Shown piece by piece: positions 48,631 to 58,982 of a DNA stretch of 64,000 nt. The stretch spans positions 112 through 64,111 of the forward strand of contig DJFX01000012.1 in assembly GCA_002432635.1 (NCBI GenBank). Direction: 5' to 3'. The first letter of the stretch is position 1, and every line of letters starts with the position of its first letter. A model generated the notes under the pieces. That model was not told where the DNA came from. It did no database searches and worked only from the letters and a program-made list of their open reading frames with translations. This DNA comes from Halothiobacillaceae bacterium UBA5861. GTDB taxonomy: Bacteria > Pseudomonadota > Gammaproteobacteria > UBA5861. A program made the position numbers and the translations under genes.

Positions 48631-49266
48631 TCAGCTCAGGCTGTCCAATAAGGCTTTTTCCCGCGCTTGTGCCCGCTGTAAGGCCGGGCGTGCTTTGCAG
48701 CGTTCAACGTAGGCCTGCAAGTTGCTCTGTTCAATCGGCTGTTTAGCCGACAGCCCCCAAAATAAGGTCTGGCCCATTAAAACGTCCACTGCTTGAAAGT
48801 CGCTGCCCAGGATATAGGGCTGCTCACCCAGTCCTTGGCTAAATAGCGACAGCGCGCGCTGGAATTCCCACTCAGCCGTGGGGAAGATCTCGGCCACCCG
48901 TTGTTCTTTGGGCAAGGCAAACTTGTGTTTGCCCCGCGTCCACAGAGGCTGCTCCAACTCACTCAGCACAAAGTAACACCACTGGTCATGCGTAGCACGG
49001 GCCAGTGTGCCAGCTGCTGGGATGAAACCTTTTTCGGCATATTTGTCTGCCAGAAAAGTCACAATCGCACCCGACTCCGTTATGAGCTGGCCCTCCACCC
49101 GCACGGCAGGTACCTTGCCACCGGGATTAAGCGCAAGGTAATCCGGCGAACGATGCTGGAGGGTGTTGAAGTTGATAAGCTGGTAGTCGTAGTCCAAATC
49201 CAGTTCTTCCAACAACCAGCTGATGCGCATGGCGCGGGTTTGAGGGAATCCGTACAGTGTGATCAT
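48631..49266 (-). CDS. Glutathione S-transferase
   Basis: N-terminal thioredoxin-like GST domain (VPAV..ESGAI) and a C-terminal helical domain. Confidence 0.75.
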   Translation of the reverse strand: MITLYGFPQTRAMRISWLLEELDLDYDYQLINFNTLQHRSPDYLALNPGGKVPAVRVEGQLITESGAIVTFLADKYAEKGFIPAAGTLARATHDQWCYFVLSELEQPLWTRGKHKFALPKEQRVAEIFPTAEWEFQRALSLFSQGLGEQPYILGSDFQAVDVLMGQTLFWGLSAKQPIEQSNLQAYVERCKARPALQRAQAREKALLDSLS

Positions 49267-49326
49267 GCTTCCTCCTTCATAACATCCGATCTTAGTTTAA
49301 ATGAGCCGCATGCCAGCCTGACCGGC

Positions 49327-49647
49327 TCAACCAAAACGCTCTTCAAGGTAGGCAATAATATCGCGGGATTCGTAAAGCCAGGTCGTTTGGCCGTTATCGT
49401 CAATTCTCAGACAGGGCGTTTGCAGTTTACCCCCCTGATTGATGAGGTCCTCCCGATGCGGAGAGGTCTGAGCGTCGCGTAGTTCAATCGGTACGTTCAG
49501 GTGATGCATGGCACGGCGCACCATGATGCAAAAGGGACAGGCAGTAAACTGATAAAGCGTGAGGTGCCTGGCTGCTTCGTTAACGCTGGCTTGTTCATCA
49601 GGGCTACGTGTTTTTTGTGCGGAACGGGTGAGGTGGTCAATTGCCAT
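49327..49647 (-). CDS. Glutaredoxin-family protein
   Basis: CPFC active site and a GG..TPC motif. Confidence 0.65.
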   Translation of the reverse strand: MAIDHLTRSAQKTRSPDEQASVNEAARHLTLYQFTACPFCIMVRRAMHHLNVPIELRDAQTSPHREDLINQGGKLQTPCLRIDDNGQTTWLYESRDIIAYLEERFG

Positions 49648-49908
49648 AATGATTCTTCCAAGGCCCTGTCGGGCTAATTTCAATAGCATGGATTATTTCT
49701 CTCGAGGTTATCTGTTGCGGTGGTGTGGGCAGGCCCAACCATTTTTACGGTTTGCATTATACACAGCACGTCGTGGGGCATGCTCGTTCTTGGTACTTGA
49801 TCCTGCCTGAACACCCGGCAGACGATTTTGTGTACAACGTTCATCTTCCAGTAACAATCGGGCTGGATTATTTAAAGAGATCACATAATTCACCACCGAG
49901 GAAGGATA

Positions 49909-51906
49909 ATGATACCAACTAAAGAGATGCTCAAGCTCTCCTGCGCGGCTGTTCTTGCGCTGTTTTTGACGGCCTGTAGCGACGATGATGATGACGAAGT
50001 TTCCGATGAGGATCCCCAGACCTTCACCCTGCAACTGCTGCATATGGCCGATGCCGATGGCGGTGGTGATGTGGTGGGCAACGTGCCACGCTTTTCCGCG
50101 ATTTTAGAGAAATTCCGCAACGAATACCCGGACAATACCTTGGTGCTGTCCTCGGGTGACAACTACATCCCCGGCCCCTTGTATTCTGCCAGTGATGACG
50201 ACAGCATGGCCAATTTGTTGGGCGTGCCGTCTGCGGGTCGCGGTGACATCCTCCTCCTCAATGCGATGGGCGTACAGGCCAGTGCCTTCGGTAACCATGA
50301 GTTCGACAATGGCCCGGATGAGATCGCCACTTTGCTTGCCGCCGAGGGTGATTATCCTGGCGCCGCTTTTCCCTACCTGTCGACGAACCTGGACTTTTCC
50401 GCCGATGCGGATCTCGGCCCACTGGTGGGCACCAACGGCGCGATCGCGTCGACAATGCCCGGCAAGATTGCCGGTTATGTGACGGTTGATGTCGACGGCG
50501 AGTCCATCGGTGTCGTCGGCGCGACCACCCCCACACTGGCGTCCATTTCCTCGCCGGGTTCTGACATCGTAATCAGCCCTGCTGATGCCACGGATCTCGA
50601 CGCCCTCGCGGCGGAAATCCAGCTAGCCGTGGATGCCCTGACAGCAGCCGGCATCAACAAAGTGGTTTTGCTCGCGCACATGCAACAAATCGCCATCGAA
50701 AAAGCCCTCGCTGAAAAGCTGAGTGATGTGGACATCATCGTCGCCGGTGGTTCCAACACTCTACTGGCGGACAATACCGATCGCTTGCGCATCGATGACA
50801 CCGCGGCGGATACGTATCCGCTGTGGAAAACCTCCGCAACGAACCAACCCGTTGCCATCGTCAATACCGATGGCGATTACAAATACCTGGGGCGTTTAGT
50901 GGTGGCATTTGATGCGAACGGCGTGGTGATCGACTCCAGTGTCGACGAGGCCATCAGCGGCGCCTACGCCACCGATGAGCAAGGGCTGATCGAAAATAAC
51001 CTGTCTTACGCCGATGCCAATGCCGAAGTGGCCGTGCTGGCTTACGCCCTGGGTGATGTGCTGTTAACGCGCGAAGGCAATACCTTCGGCCAAACCACGG
51101 TTTATCTCAATGGCATCCGCGGCAGCGTGCGCACCGAAGAGACCAATCTCGGCAACCTCACCGCCGACGCCAACCTGTGGTATGCCCAGCAAAGCGACAC
51201 CACCGTGGCCGTATCGCTGAAAAACGGCGGCGGTATCCGCGCAGCCATTGGCGCGACGGAAGTACCCGCAGGCTCGACGGACCCTAACGACACAGTTTAC
51301 CTGCCACCCAAAGCGATCCCTGCAGCTGGTAAGGAAGAAGGCCAGATTTCCCAGTTCGACATCCAGAACTCACTGCGATTCAACAACAGCCTGACCATGC
51401 TTACCGTCACCGCGCAGGAATTACACGCCATTGTGGAACACGCCGTCGCGGCCACAGCCGATGGCGCCACGCCAGGGCAATTCCCACAGATTTCCGGCAT
51501 GGCATTCAGTTTTGACCCCAGCTTGACCGCTGGTTCACGTGTTCGCTCGCTGATCGTGCACGACAGCAACGGCGCAGAGGCGGGCGAAACGGCTGACGTG
51601 ATTGTTCAGGACGGCACGCTGCAGGGCGACCCCAACCGCACATTTCGCATGGTGACATTGGGTTTTCTCGCCGGCGGTGGTGACGGCTATCCCTTCCCCG
51701 CGACTGGCCTGGTTGACCTGGAAATGGAAGGCGTACAAAGCGGCGACGCCACCTTTGCCGACGACGGCACCGAGCAGGACGCACTGGCGGAATACCTGCT
51801 CATGCAATTCCCCGACGCCAGCCCCTTCAGCGCGGCCGATACCCCCATGGCGGAAGACACCCGCATTCAGAACCTCTCAGCCCGAAGTGATACCGTGCTC
51901 CCCTAA
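49909..51906 (+). CDS. Bifunctional metallophosphatase/5'-nucleotidase lipoprotein (UshA-like)
   Basis: Lipobox LFLTAC followed by a poly-Asp linker. Calcineurin-like motifs (HMADADGG, GDN, GNHEFD) and a C-terminal 5'-nucleotidase domain. Visibly more GC-rich than its neighbours. Confidence 0.8.
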   Translation: MIPTKEMLKLSCAAVLALFLTACSDDDDDEVSDEDPQTFTLQLLHMADADGGGDVVGNVPRFSAILEKFRNEYPDNTLVLSSGDNYIPGPLYSASDDDSMANLLGVPSAGRGDILLLNAMGVQASAFGNHEFDNGPDEIATLLAAEGDYPGAAFPYLSTNLDFSADADLGPLVGTNGAIASTMPGKIAGYVTVDVDGESIGVVGATTPTLASISSPGSDIVISPADATDLDALAAEIQLAVDALTAAGINKVVLLAHMQQIAIEKALAEKLSDVDIIVAGGSNTLLADNTDRLRIDDTAADTYPLWKTSATNQPVAIVNTDGDYKYLGRLVVAFDANGVVIDSSVDEAISGAYATDEQGLIENNLSYADANAEVAVLAYALGDVLLTREGNTFGQTTVYLNGIRGSVRTEETNLGNLTADANLWYAQQSDTTVAVSLKNGGGIRAAIGATEVPAGSTDPNDTVYLPPKAIPAAGKEEGQISQFDIQNSLRFNNSLTMLTVTAQELHAIVEHAVAATADGATPGQFPQISGMAFSFDPSLTAGSRVRSLIVHDSNGAEAGETADVIVQDGTLQGDPNRTFRMVTLGFLAGGGDGYPFPATGLVDLEMEGVQSGDATFADDGTEQDALAEYLLMQFPDASPFSAADTPMAEDTRIQNLSARSDTVLP

Positions 51907-52205
51907 AGCGGCATAATGTCATTCGGCTTCCTTATTGCGCCTGGTATCCTGCCAGGCGCTTTTCTTTTAGCCTTAATCGGAAAGATACGGGGTATTTTCT
52001 CGATAATCGATTGTTTGATTATCCCAATACGCTGCAAGGTTCACGTACAAAGTTCTCGAAAACCTCTATAAATAGCAGAGGCTTATCTGTATGAGGCGAT
52101 TTTCTCCAAGCGCGCTGAATGGGTTCCCATGCAGAGACGCAAGATATCAGCGGGACCCTGCCAGGCTTTAAGGTGCCTTGGTGTGCTGTCGCCTGATCGA
52201 CCACA

Positions 52206-53357
52206 ATGAACTTCTTCAAAAACGACAAGGTTTTGCTTCCTATGCCTGAAAAAAAACGCATTGTTATTCTGATCGACAACTTGAGTGTCGGTGGTGCTCA
52301 ACGGCAGGTCATTGAATATTTAAAAGGCGCATCCCACGACCGCTTTGACTTTCATCTCGTGAATCTGGATGCCACGATCAAAACGCTGGCCCCCCAGATT
52401 GAGGCACTCAATATCCCGATTCATCACATTGAGCACAGTGGCTTCTTTAACATGAAAACGCTCAAAACGCTGGTGAAGCTGTTCAGAGACATCCAGCCAG
52501 ACCTTGTCCAAACCTATTTATTCACATCCGATACGTATGGCCGTTTAGCCGCCAAGCTGGCTGGAAGACCGAAAGTGATCTGCTCAATTCGCGGGATGGA
52601 CCCGTGGAAAAAAAAGCATCACTTTTGGGTAGACAAAATTTTGTTGAAAGTGACGGATGTCGTCATTGTGAATGCTGGCAATGTCATCCCGCACTTGAAA
52701 AAAGTTTGGGGTATTCATGAAAACAAAGTGAAGACTATTCACAATGGAATGGACATCAGCCGTTTCGATCATTTTCGTCCGGCCGATGAAGTGAGGGCTG
52801 AATTTGGCATTCCGGCCGATGCCATGGTCATTGGCATGGTGGGGCGCTACACGTTCGAAAAAGATCACGAGTCCATGATTGAATCTATGGCTCAACTGCA
52901 GAACCAAGGCCACGATGTTTACTTTCTGGCGATGGGGTATGGCAACAAACACGAGAAGTTGCAGACCATGATTCACGAGTATCAACTGGACGATCGCTTC
53001 ATTTTAACCGGCCAGCGCACCGACGCGCCGGATTTGATCCATGCCATGGATATCTGTGTGTTGGCCAGTCACTCGGAAGGCTGTCCGAATGTCATTCTGG
53101 AATATATGGCCTGTCACAAACCAGTTGTGGCCAGTGATGTAGGCGGATGCGCGGAACTGGTTGTTGACGGTGAAACGGGGTTCATCGTCCCGGATGCCGC
53201 AGTTGAGCAATTTACCGATTGCTTTCGTAAATTGCTTCAGGATGCTTCTCTACGGACCACCCTGGGCCGCGCCGGGAAAGCCCGACTGGACAATGAATTC
53301 ACAACAGCAAAACTGGTTGAAAAGACTGAAGCGTTATTCACAGAATTACTGGCTTAA
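52206..53357 (+). CDS. Glycosyltransferase family 4
   Basis: GT-B fold with VGGAQRQ N-terminal motif and EGCPNVILEYMACHKPVVASDVGG C-terminal motif. Confidence 0.8.
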   Translation: MNFFKNDKVLLPMPEKKRIVILIDNLSVGGAQRQVIEYLKGASHDRFDFHLVNLDATIKTLAPQIEALNIPIHHIEHSGFFNMKTLKTLVKLFRDIQPDLVQTYLFTSDTYGRLAAKLAGRPKVICSIRGMDPWKKKHHFWVDKILLKVTDVVIVNAGNVIPHLKKVWGIHENKVKTIHNGMDISRFDHFRPADEVRAEFGIPADAMVIGMVGRYTFEKDHESMIESMAQLQNQGHDVYFLAMGYGNKHEKLQTMIHEYQLDDRFILTGQRTDAPDLIHAMDICVLASHSEGCPNVILEYMACHKPVVASDVGGCAELVVDGETGFIVPDAAVEQFTDCFRKLLQDASLRTTLGRAGKARLDNEFTTAKLVEKTEALFTELLA

Positions 53358-53487
53358 ATCGTTCCCACTCGGTTGCGCCCACAAACGTTCAAGGGGCGGG
53401 TAGTATTTTATTCGTACACGGCATAAGCTAATACACGCCGCCATTGGGCAAAATAATAATTATCAGGTAAGACGGGTTGGGATTGTC

Positions 53488-54888
53488 ATGAATAAAGGGC
53501 GGGCTCTTTCAGGCTTTGCATTGGCTTGTGTTGCGATTGCAACATTGATTGATCAGCTTTCGGGGGGTTTACCCATTGTCTACCACGTCGCCAATGCGGC
53601 CATGCTGGTCTATGTGGCGCTTGAAATTTGGCCCAGCCCGATGATGACGAAAGTCATGATTGCCTTTGCTATCGTGCTGGCAGTGTTGCTCTGGCCACAT
53701 ATGACGTCGCCGTGGACCGTTGTCGAGGAGGGCATCGCCTTCGGGGCCTTTTTGAGTACGTTCTTTGTCGCACTCGGTTTTGTACGCGCCGCTTCGGACA
53801 AGTCCAAACGCATCAAGCTTTCAGGCCGACACCTGCTCACGCAGCCCCCTTCAAGGCGCTACCTCGCCTTAACGGTGGGCAGTAATCTTTTTGGATTGAT
53901 TTTAAGCATTGGCGTTTTGAACCTCTTGGGCTCAATGGTCAAAAAGAGCAACACGCTTGCCTCTGTTGGCGGCAGTGTCCAAACCTTGAAAACCCGAGAA
54001 CGGCGTTCTTTGATGGCAATCCAGCGTGGCTTTTCGATGGTCCCGGCCTGGTCACCGCTGTCGATTTCGGTACCGATTGTTCTGTTGGCGATCCCAAGCC
54101 TGTCGTGGGAACAGCTTGTGCCTGCTGCACTGGCGGCGGTGATTCTACTTTTGCTGTTGGGCTGGCTGGATGATCGCATCACCTTCCGGGGGCGCGTCGC
54201 TCCGCCTTATCAAAGTGATGGCCCACCACTGAACTGGTCGGTGCACTTGCCATTCCTGTTACTCATTGCCGCTATTTTTGGCTCCTCAGTATTGATGGAG
54301 AAAACCCTAGAGACTCGCATGGTGGTCGGCATGATGACCTGTGCCCCGATTGCCGCTTTGGTCTGGATGTTGATGCAGTCATACCCATTGGGTTGGAAGC
54401 TGGGTTGCGCCTGGATGCGCAAGCGCCTCATCACTCAAATGACAGAGACTTTCCCTCGCTATCGAATCGAAATCATTGTGATGTTCAGCGCCGGGTTTTA
54501 TGGGGTTTTGATCAAAGAGACCTTGCCACCCACGTTGATCGCAGATGCCATCACTTACTTTGATATTTCGGTGGGGTGGCTACCTTTGCTGGTCTTTCTC
54601 TTGATTATTGTCATGGCCAATTTGACCCTGCACCCAATGTTGTCTGTGATTATTCTCAGCACGGCTATGCCCGCGCCGGAGTCTTTGGGCATCTCGCCCA
54701 TTTCCATGGGTCTGGCCTATCTTTCCGGGTGGGGTGTCGGGGTCAGTACTTCGCCCTACACCATCTGTAATCTGATTGTGGCCCAGGTGGCGGGCAAAAC
54801 CGCTCATCAAGTGGCTTACCAGTGGAATGGCCGTTATATTCTGGCTTGCACATTACTGGGTGGTATTGGGCTCTACTTACTGGCCTGA
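53488..54888 (+). CDS. Polytopic inner-membrane protein of unknown function
   Basis: 466 aa with about 12 predicted TM helices. No family recognised. Confidence 0.45.
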   Translation: MNKGRALSGFALACVAIATLIDQLSGGLPIVYHVANAAMLVYVALEIWPSPMMTKVMIAFAIVLAVLLWPHMTSPWTVVEEGIAFGAFLSTFFVALGFVRAASDKSKRIKLSGRHLLTQPPSRRYLALTVGSNLFGLILSIGVLNLLGSMVKKSNTLASVGGSVQTLKTRERRSLMAIQRGFSMVPAWSPLSISVPIVLLAIPSLSWEQLVPAALAAVILLLLLGWLDDRITFRGRVAPPYQSDGPPLNWSVHLPFLLLIAAIFGSSVLMEKTLETRMVVGMMTCAPIAALVWMLMQSYPLGWKLGCAWMRKRLITQMTETFPRYRIEIIVMFSAGFYGVLIKETLPPTLIADAITYFDISVGWLPLLVFLLIIVMANLTLHPMLSVIILSTAMPAPESLGISPISMGLAYLSGWGVGVSTSPYTICNLIVAQVAGKTAHQVAYQWNGRYILACTLLGGIGLYLLA

Positions 54889-54911
54889 AGCAGAGCCCAA
54901 TGTATATGCTG

Positions 54912-55646
54912 TTACCGGTTTTTCAACCAGTCTTCAAGGTCATCACATCCTCCAATTTTCTCACCGTTGATAAAGACTTGTGGGTAGGAGTCAGCTGCGG
55001 CCAGGGCCCGCAAACTACGGTAGGAATAATCCTGATTCAGTTCAAGCGCCTCATATTCAATTCCCCGCTCTGCCAAAAGTGCCTTGGCTTTTGCACAAAA
55101 GGGGCAACCCTCCCGGGTTAATAGAGTGACGTCCAGTGGTTTTTCTGCATCACCATATAAATATTCAAACAGGGTATCAGCATCTGAAACTTCAAATGGG
55201 TCGCCAGGCTGATCAGGCTCGATAAACATTTTCTCGATCACACCGTTACGCACCAGCATGGAGTACCGCCAGGAACGCTTGCCGAAACCAAGGTCGTCCT
55301 TATCCACCAATAAACCCATCCCTTCTGTGAAGGCTCCATTGCCATCAGCAATAAAGTGGATGTGTTCGGCGTGCTGCTCTTTCTGCCAGGCATTCATAAC
55401 AAAAGCATCGTTGACAGAAAGGCAGATAATGTCATCCACTCCGTGCGCTTTAAAGTAAGGCGCAAGCTGGTTGAAGCGCGGTACATGCGACGAGGAACAC
55501 GTCGGTGTAAATGCGCCGGGTAGTGAAAAAACAATCACGGTTTTGTTTGCGAAAAGTGCATCACTGGACCGTGATACCCAGTCATTACTCTCCCGCAAAC
55601 GGAACGTAACCGCGGGTACTTTTTGCCCTTCTTTGTTTGCTAACAT
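54912..55646 (-). CDS. Hybrid peroxiredoxin (Prx5-type) fused to glutaredoxin
   Basis: PGAFTPTCS peroxidatic-Cys motif plus a C-terminal Grx domain with CPFC. Confidence 0.85.
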   Translation of the reverse strand: MLANKEGQKVPAVTFRLRESNDWVSRSSDALFANKTVIVFSLPGAFTPTCSSSHVPRFNQLAPYFKAHGVDDIICLSVNDAFVMNAWQKEQHAEHIHFIADGNGAFTEGMGLLVDKDDLGFGKRSWRYSMLVRNGVIEKMFIEPDQPGDPFEVSDADTLFEYLYGDAEKPLDVTLLTREGCPFCAKAKALLAERGIEYEALELNQDYSYRSLRALAAADSYPQVFINGEKIGGCDDLEDWLKNR

Positions 55647-55667
55647 GATTGATCTCCCAAGTCTTCT

Positions 55668-56135
55668 TTATTTCAACAAACTGCGTAGCATCCACGCATT
55701 TTTTTCATGGACTTGCATCCGCTGTGTCAGCAAGTCCGCCGTGGGTTCGTCACTGGCTTCATCGGCCAACGGGAAAATTCCCCGTGCGGTTCTGACAACC
55801 GCTTCCTGCCCTTCCACCAGCTGCTTGATCATTTCTTCTGCCGAAGGACTACCGGTGGCCTCTTCAATTGAGCTCAGTGCCGAAAACGCAGCATAAGAAC
55901 CCGGTGCCGGAAATCCAAGCGCCCGAATCCGCTCGGCAATCTCATCAACGGCTGTAGCAAGCTCGGTGTACTGATTTTCAAACATCAAGTGCAATGTATT
56001 GAACATGGGGCCGGTCACATTCCAGTGGTAGTTGTGTGTTTTTAGGTATAGGGTGTAGCTGTCGGCCAACAGGTGGCTTAAGCCCTTGGCAATCGCTTCA
56101 CGATTTTCTTCCGAAATACCGATATTAACCTTCAT
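55668..56135 (-). CDS. dps: Dps (DNA-binding ferritin-like starvation protein)
   Basis: Dps ferroxidase-centre residues (HW..G..F..LH..FE..Y, DE..ER pattern). Confidence 0.85.
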   Translation of the reverse strand: MKVNIGISEENREAIAKGLSHLLADSYTLYLKTHNYHWNVTGPMFNTLHLMFENQYTELATAVDEIAERIRALGFPAPGSYAAFSALSSIEEATGSPSAEEMIKQLVEGQEAVVRTARGIFPLADEASDEPTADLLTQRMQVHEKNAWMLRSLLK

Positions 56136-56356
56136 GGTGATCTCCTGTGTGGGTATGTTGTCTACGATAAAACACCCTCATGAGTTAATAAAACTGATTA
56201 AACTGATACAAATATTCATTTTTTTAGATCAAAAAAGTCAGATGATGTTGAATCGCACTTTCAATACCAATCAAGCGGGAATAAAAGGACCGAATCTGGC
56301 AATACCTCCGGCGGTTTAGTACAGTCGGCCTTTTTGGGCAACGCCCAAGGAAATTC

Positions 56357-57871
56357 ATGGACAACTACATCGAAAGAATCCTCTCGGCACGCGTCTATGA
56401 CGTTGCAATCGAGACCCCCCTGGAACATGCGCCTACACTATCCAAACGTCTGGGTAATGAGATCCTGCTGAAACGCGAAGATATGCAGTCTGTGTTTTCA
56501 TTCAAATGCCGTGGCGCTTATAACAAAATATTCAATACCTTGAAAAAACAGCCTGATTTACAAGGTGTCATCGCCGCGTCCGCAGGTAATCATGCGCAGG
56601 GAGTAGCCCAAGCCGCCGCGAAACTGGGCATTAAATCAATCATCGTGATGCCCAGAACAACACCGCAAATTAAAGTCAACGCCGTCAAAATGCTCGGCGG
56701 CAAAGCGGTTCTCTTCGGTGACACCTATGATGATGCCTATGCCCATGCCCGCCAATTGGAAGCTGAAAAAGGTTACAGCTTTATTCACCCCTTTGATGAT
56801 CCAGACACCATTGCCGGACAAGGCACGATCGGCCTGGAACTTTGCCGCCAACATCCGGATGATATACACGCAATTTTCATCCCGATCGGTGGTGGCGGGC
56901 TGGCTGCCGGTATTGCTGTGTTTATGAAGTATTTAAAACCAGAGACACGTATCATCGGCGTAGAACCTACTGACGCCAATGCCATGAATCGATCCTTGGC
57001 CGCAGGCCGGCGCATCACGTTGGATCAAGTGGGGTTGTTTGCCGATGGGGTCGCCGTCAAAAAAGTCGGAAAGAACTGTTTTGATTTGTGTCAACAGTAT
57101 GTGGACGACATTATTGAGGTCAATGTCGATGAAACCTGTGCCGCCATCAAAGATATCTTCGAGGATACCCGCACTCTGATGGAGCCGGCCGGCGCCATTA
57201 GTGTTGCCGGTATCAAAAAGTATGTTGAAAAAAATAACCTTCAAAAACAACAGCTGATTGCCATTACCAGTGGCGCGAATGTCAACTTTGACCGGCTTCG
57301 GCACATTGCTGAGCGTGCGGAAATCGGCGAAAATCGCGAAGCACTGCTGATGGCTGCTATTCCAGAACGCGTGGGCAGTTTCCGCCAGTTTTGTCAGGCT
57401 CTCGGAAAGCGGAATATTACGGAGTTCAACTACCGCTTTGCGAATAACGGTGAAGCACATATCTTTACTGGCGTTCAGTTACGGGGGGAACCGGACGAGC
57501 TGCCGGATCTACTCAAGCAATTAGAGCACAAAGGCTATGCGGTAACAGACCTGACTGGAGATGAAATGAGCAAATTGCATGTTCGCTATATGGTGGGCGG
57601 CCGTGCCACTGGCGTTTCTGACGAGCGCTTATTCCGATTCGAATTTCCAGAGCGGCCCGGAGCGCTTGCCGTATTCTTAAATACGTTGGGGCGTATGTGG
57701 AATATCAGCCTGTTTCACTACCGCAACCACGGGGCCGCTTACGGCCGTGTTCTGGCGGGTATTCAAGTCCCTGCTGAAGAAAGTTCGGCCTTTGAAGCCT
57801 CACTCAAACAACTGGGGTATGCCTACTGGGAGGAAACCCAAAACCCAGCTTATCAGGCCTTACTCAGATAA
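56357..57871 (+). CDS. ilvA: Biosynthetic threonine dehydratase IlvA
   Basis: PLP motif SFKCRGA and two C-terminal ACT-like regulatory domains. 504 aa. Confidence 0.9.
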   Translation: MDNYIERILSARVYDVAIETPLEHAPTLSKRLGNEILLKREDMQSVFSFKCRGAYNKIFNTLKKQPDLQGVIAASAGNHAQGVAQAAAKLGIKSIIVMPRTTPQIKVNAVKMLGGKAVLFGDTYDDAYAHARQLEAEKGYSFIHPFDDPDTIAGQGTIGLELCRQHPDDIHAIFIPIGGGGLAAGIAVFMKYLKPETRIIGVEPTDANAMNRSLAAGRRITLDQVGLFADGVAVKKVGKNCFDLCQQYVDDIIEVNVDETCAAIKDIFEDTRTLMEPAGAISVAGIKKYVEKNNLQKQQLIAITSGANVNFDRLRHIAERAEIGENREALLMAAIPERVGSFRQFCQALGKRNITEFNYRFANNGEAHIFTGVQLRGEPDELPDLLKQLEHKGYAVTDLTGDEMSKLHVRYMVGGRATGVSDERLFRFEFPERPGALAVFLNTLGRMWNISLFHYRNHGAAYGRVLAGIQVPAEESSAFEASLKQLGYAYWEETQNPAYQALLR

Positions 57872-58443
57872 GTGGCAGACTCGGTGATAACCCCATCCAA
57901 CGGCACATCCCAGGGTTCCCTGTGAACCCTGTCAACACACTGAAAATCGTGAGCAATACCGAGCAAGACCGGCCGACACTTCACATTTGAGGTTAACCGG
58001 AAAGCAAAACTGCGATCATAAAACCCTCCGCCCATACCAATTCGGTGGCCTTGTGGGTCAAAAGCAACCAGTGGCATGAGCACCAGATCCATATTTTGAC
58101 CAGAAAGTACGGCTGATGAGGAAACATCGGGCTCCGGCAAACCAAGGCGGTTCTTTTTTAAAGGGGTGCCCGGACGATACGGTGAGAAACGCAGTGCTTT
58201 GTTTTCAAGTACGGGCAAATAAACACTCTTATCTTTCCCCCAGGCATGTTCAATCACAGGGTCCAACGCCATCTCACCGTTCACGGCCCAGTAAACAGCC
58301 ATATGTTGAGCCGATTGGTACACATCCATAACGACCAACCGCTCGCACACAGCCTCGGCATGCTGCTGAAGCTCAGATGCGCTCAAATCAAGTCGCTTTG
58401 TGCGCATATGCTTACGCATCAGCGCCGGGCTCTGTGGGTGCAT
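57853..58443 (-). CDS. ygfA: 5-formyltetrahydrofolate cyclo-ligase
   Basis: LPV...P pattern and GMGGGFYDR motif. Conserved position downstream of ssrS. The true start is probably an internal Met (MRKH or MRTK). Confidence 0.8.
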   Translation of the reverse strand: MHPQSPALMRKHMRTKRLDLSASELQQHAEAVCERLVVMDVYQSAQHMAVYWAVNGEMALDPVIEHAWGKDKSVYLPVLENKALRFSPYRPGTPLKKNRLGLPEPDVSSSAVLSGQNMDLVLMPLVAFDPQGHRIGMGGGFYDRSFAFRLTSNVKCRPVLLGIAHDFQCVDRVHREPWDVPLDGVITESATYLSKA

Positions 58444-58489
58444 AAGTCATTACGGAAGAAGTTTAAGCCTGGAGCGGGGGAGGAGGACG

Positions 58490-58668
58490 CTCTCCACGCG
58501 TGCCGCCGTTACTTTTGACCTTGAACCAGTCGGTTCAGGTGGGAGCCAATGGCCTGTATCAGGCTTTCCGCTCGTAGCGGACTTGCACAACAACAGACTG
58601 CATCAAGCACCCGGGTTTCGATATTAGGCTCAAGAGTACCCCAGTAACTAGCAAACACCGCAGATTGC
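58490..58668 (-). ncRNA. ssrS: 6S RNA (SsrS)
   Basis: The minus-strand sequence resembles the E. coli 6S RNA sequence as recalled from memory, especially its 3' half (ACCUGAACCGACUGGUUCAAGG..GUAACGGCGGCA versus E. coli ACCUUGAACCAAGGGUUCAAGGGUUACAGCCUGCGGCGGCA). It lies between zapA and ygfA, as in E. coli and Pseudomonas. The ends are approximate. Confidence 0.65.
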
Positions 58669-58688
58669 GCCCAAAACACAATACTCGG

Positions 58689-58982
58689 TTATTCTTTCAA
58701 TGCCTTCTGAACAATGGTACTGATTTCAGCGACCCGTGAAGACAGTGATGAAAGTGTCGACTGTTCACCTCGTAAAGTCAACAATTCGTGTGCGATATTT
58801 AACGCTGCTACAACAGCCAGCCGATCGGTACCTGCCACGCCCCCCCGTGCCCGCATTTCGCGCATTTTGTCGTCAAGATAACGTGCTGCAGCGATAAGGT
58901 CATTACGCTCCTCTTCCTTGCAAACAAGCTGATAATCACGGTCGAGTATTTGCACTTTGACCTGAATATTTTCTTCACTCAC
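58689..58982 (-). CDS. zapA: Cell division protein ZapA
   Basis: About 97 aa with the ZapA pattern (V.I.G..Y.L....E). Conserved position upstream of ssrS. Confidence 0.8.
   Translation of the reverse strand: MSEENIQVKVQILDRDYQLVCKEEERNDLIAAARYLDDKMREMRARGGVAGTDRLAVVAALNIAHELLTLRGEQSTLSSLSSRVAEISTIVQKALKE

Noticed and set aside
50104-51916. Many long overlapping ORFs in several frames (for example 50104..50298, 50258..50536, 50475..50864, 51506..51784, 51535..51807) inside the 5'-nucleotidase gene
   Set aside because: They are by-products of high GC content and lack of stop codons in off-frames. The main frame has clear 5'-nucleotidase homology along its full length.
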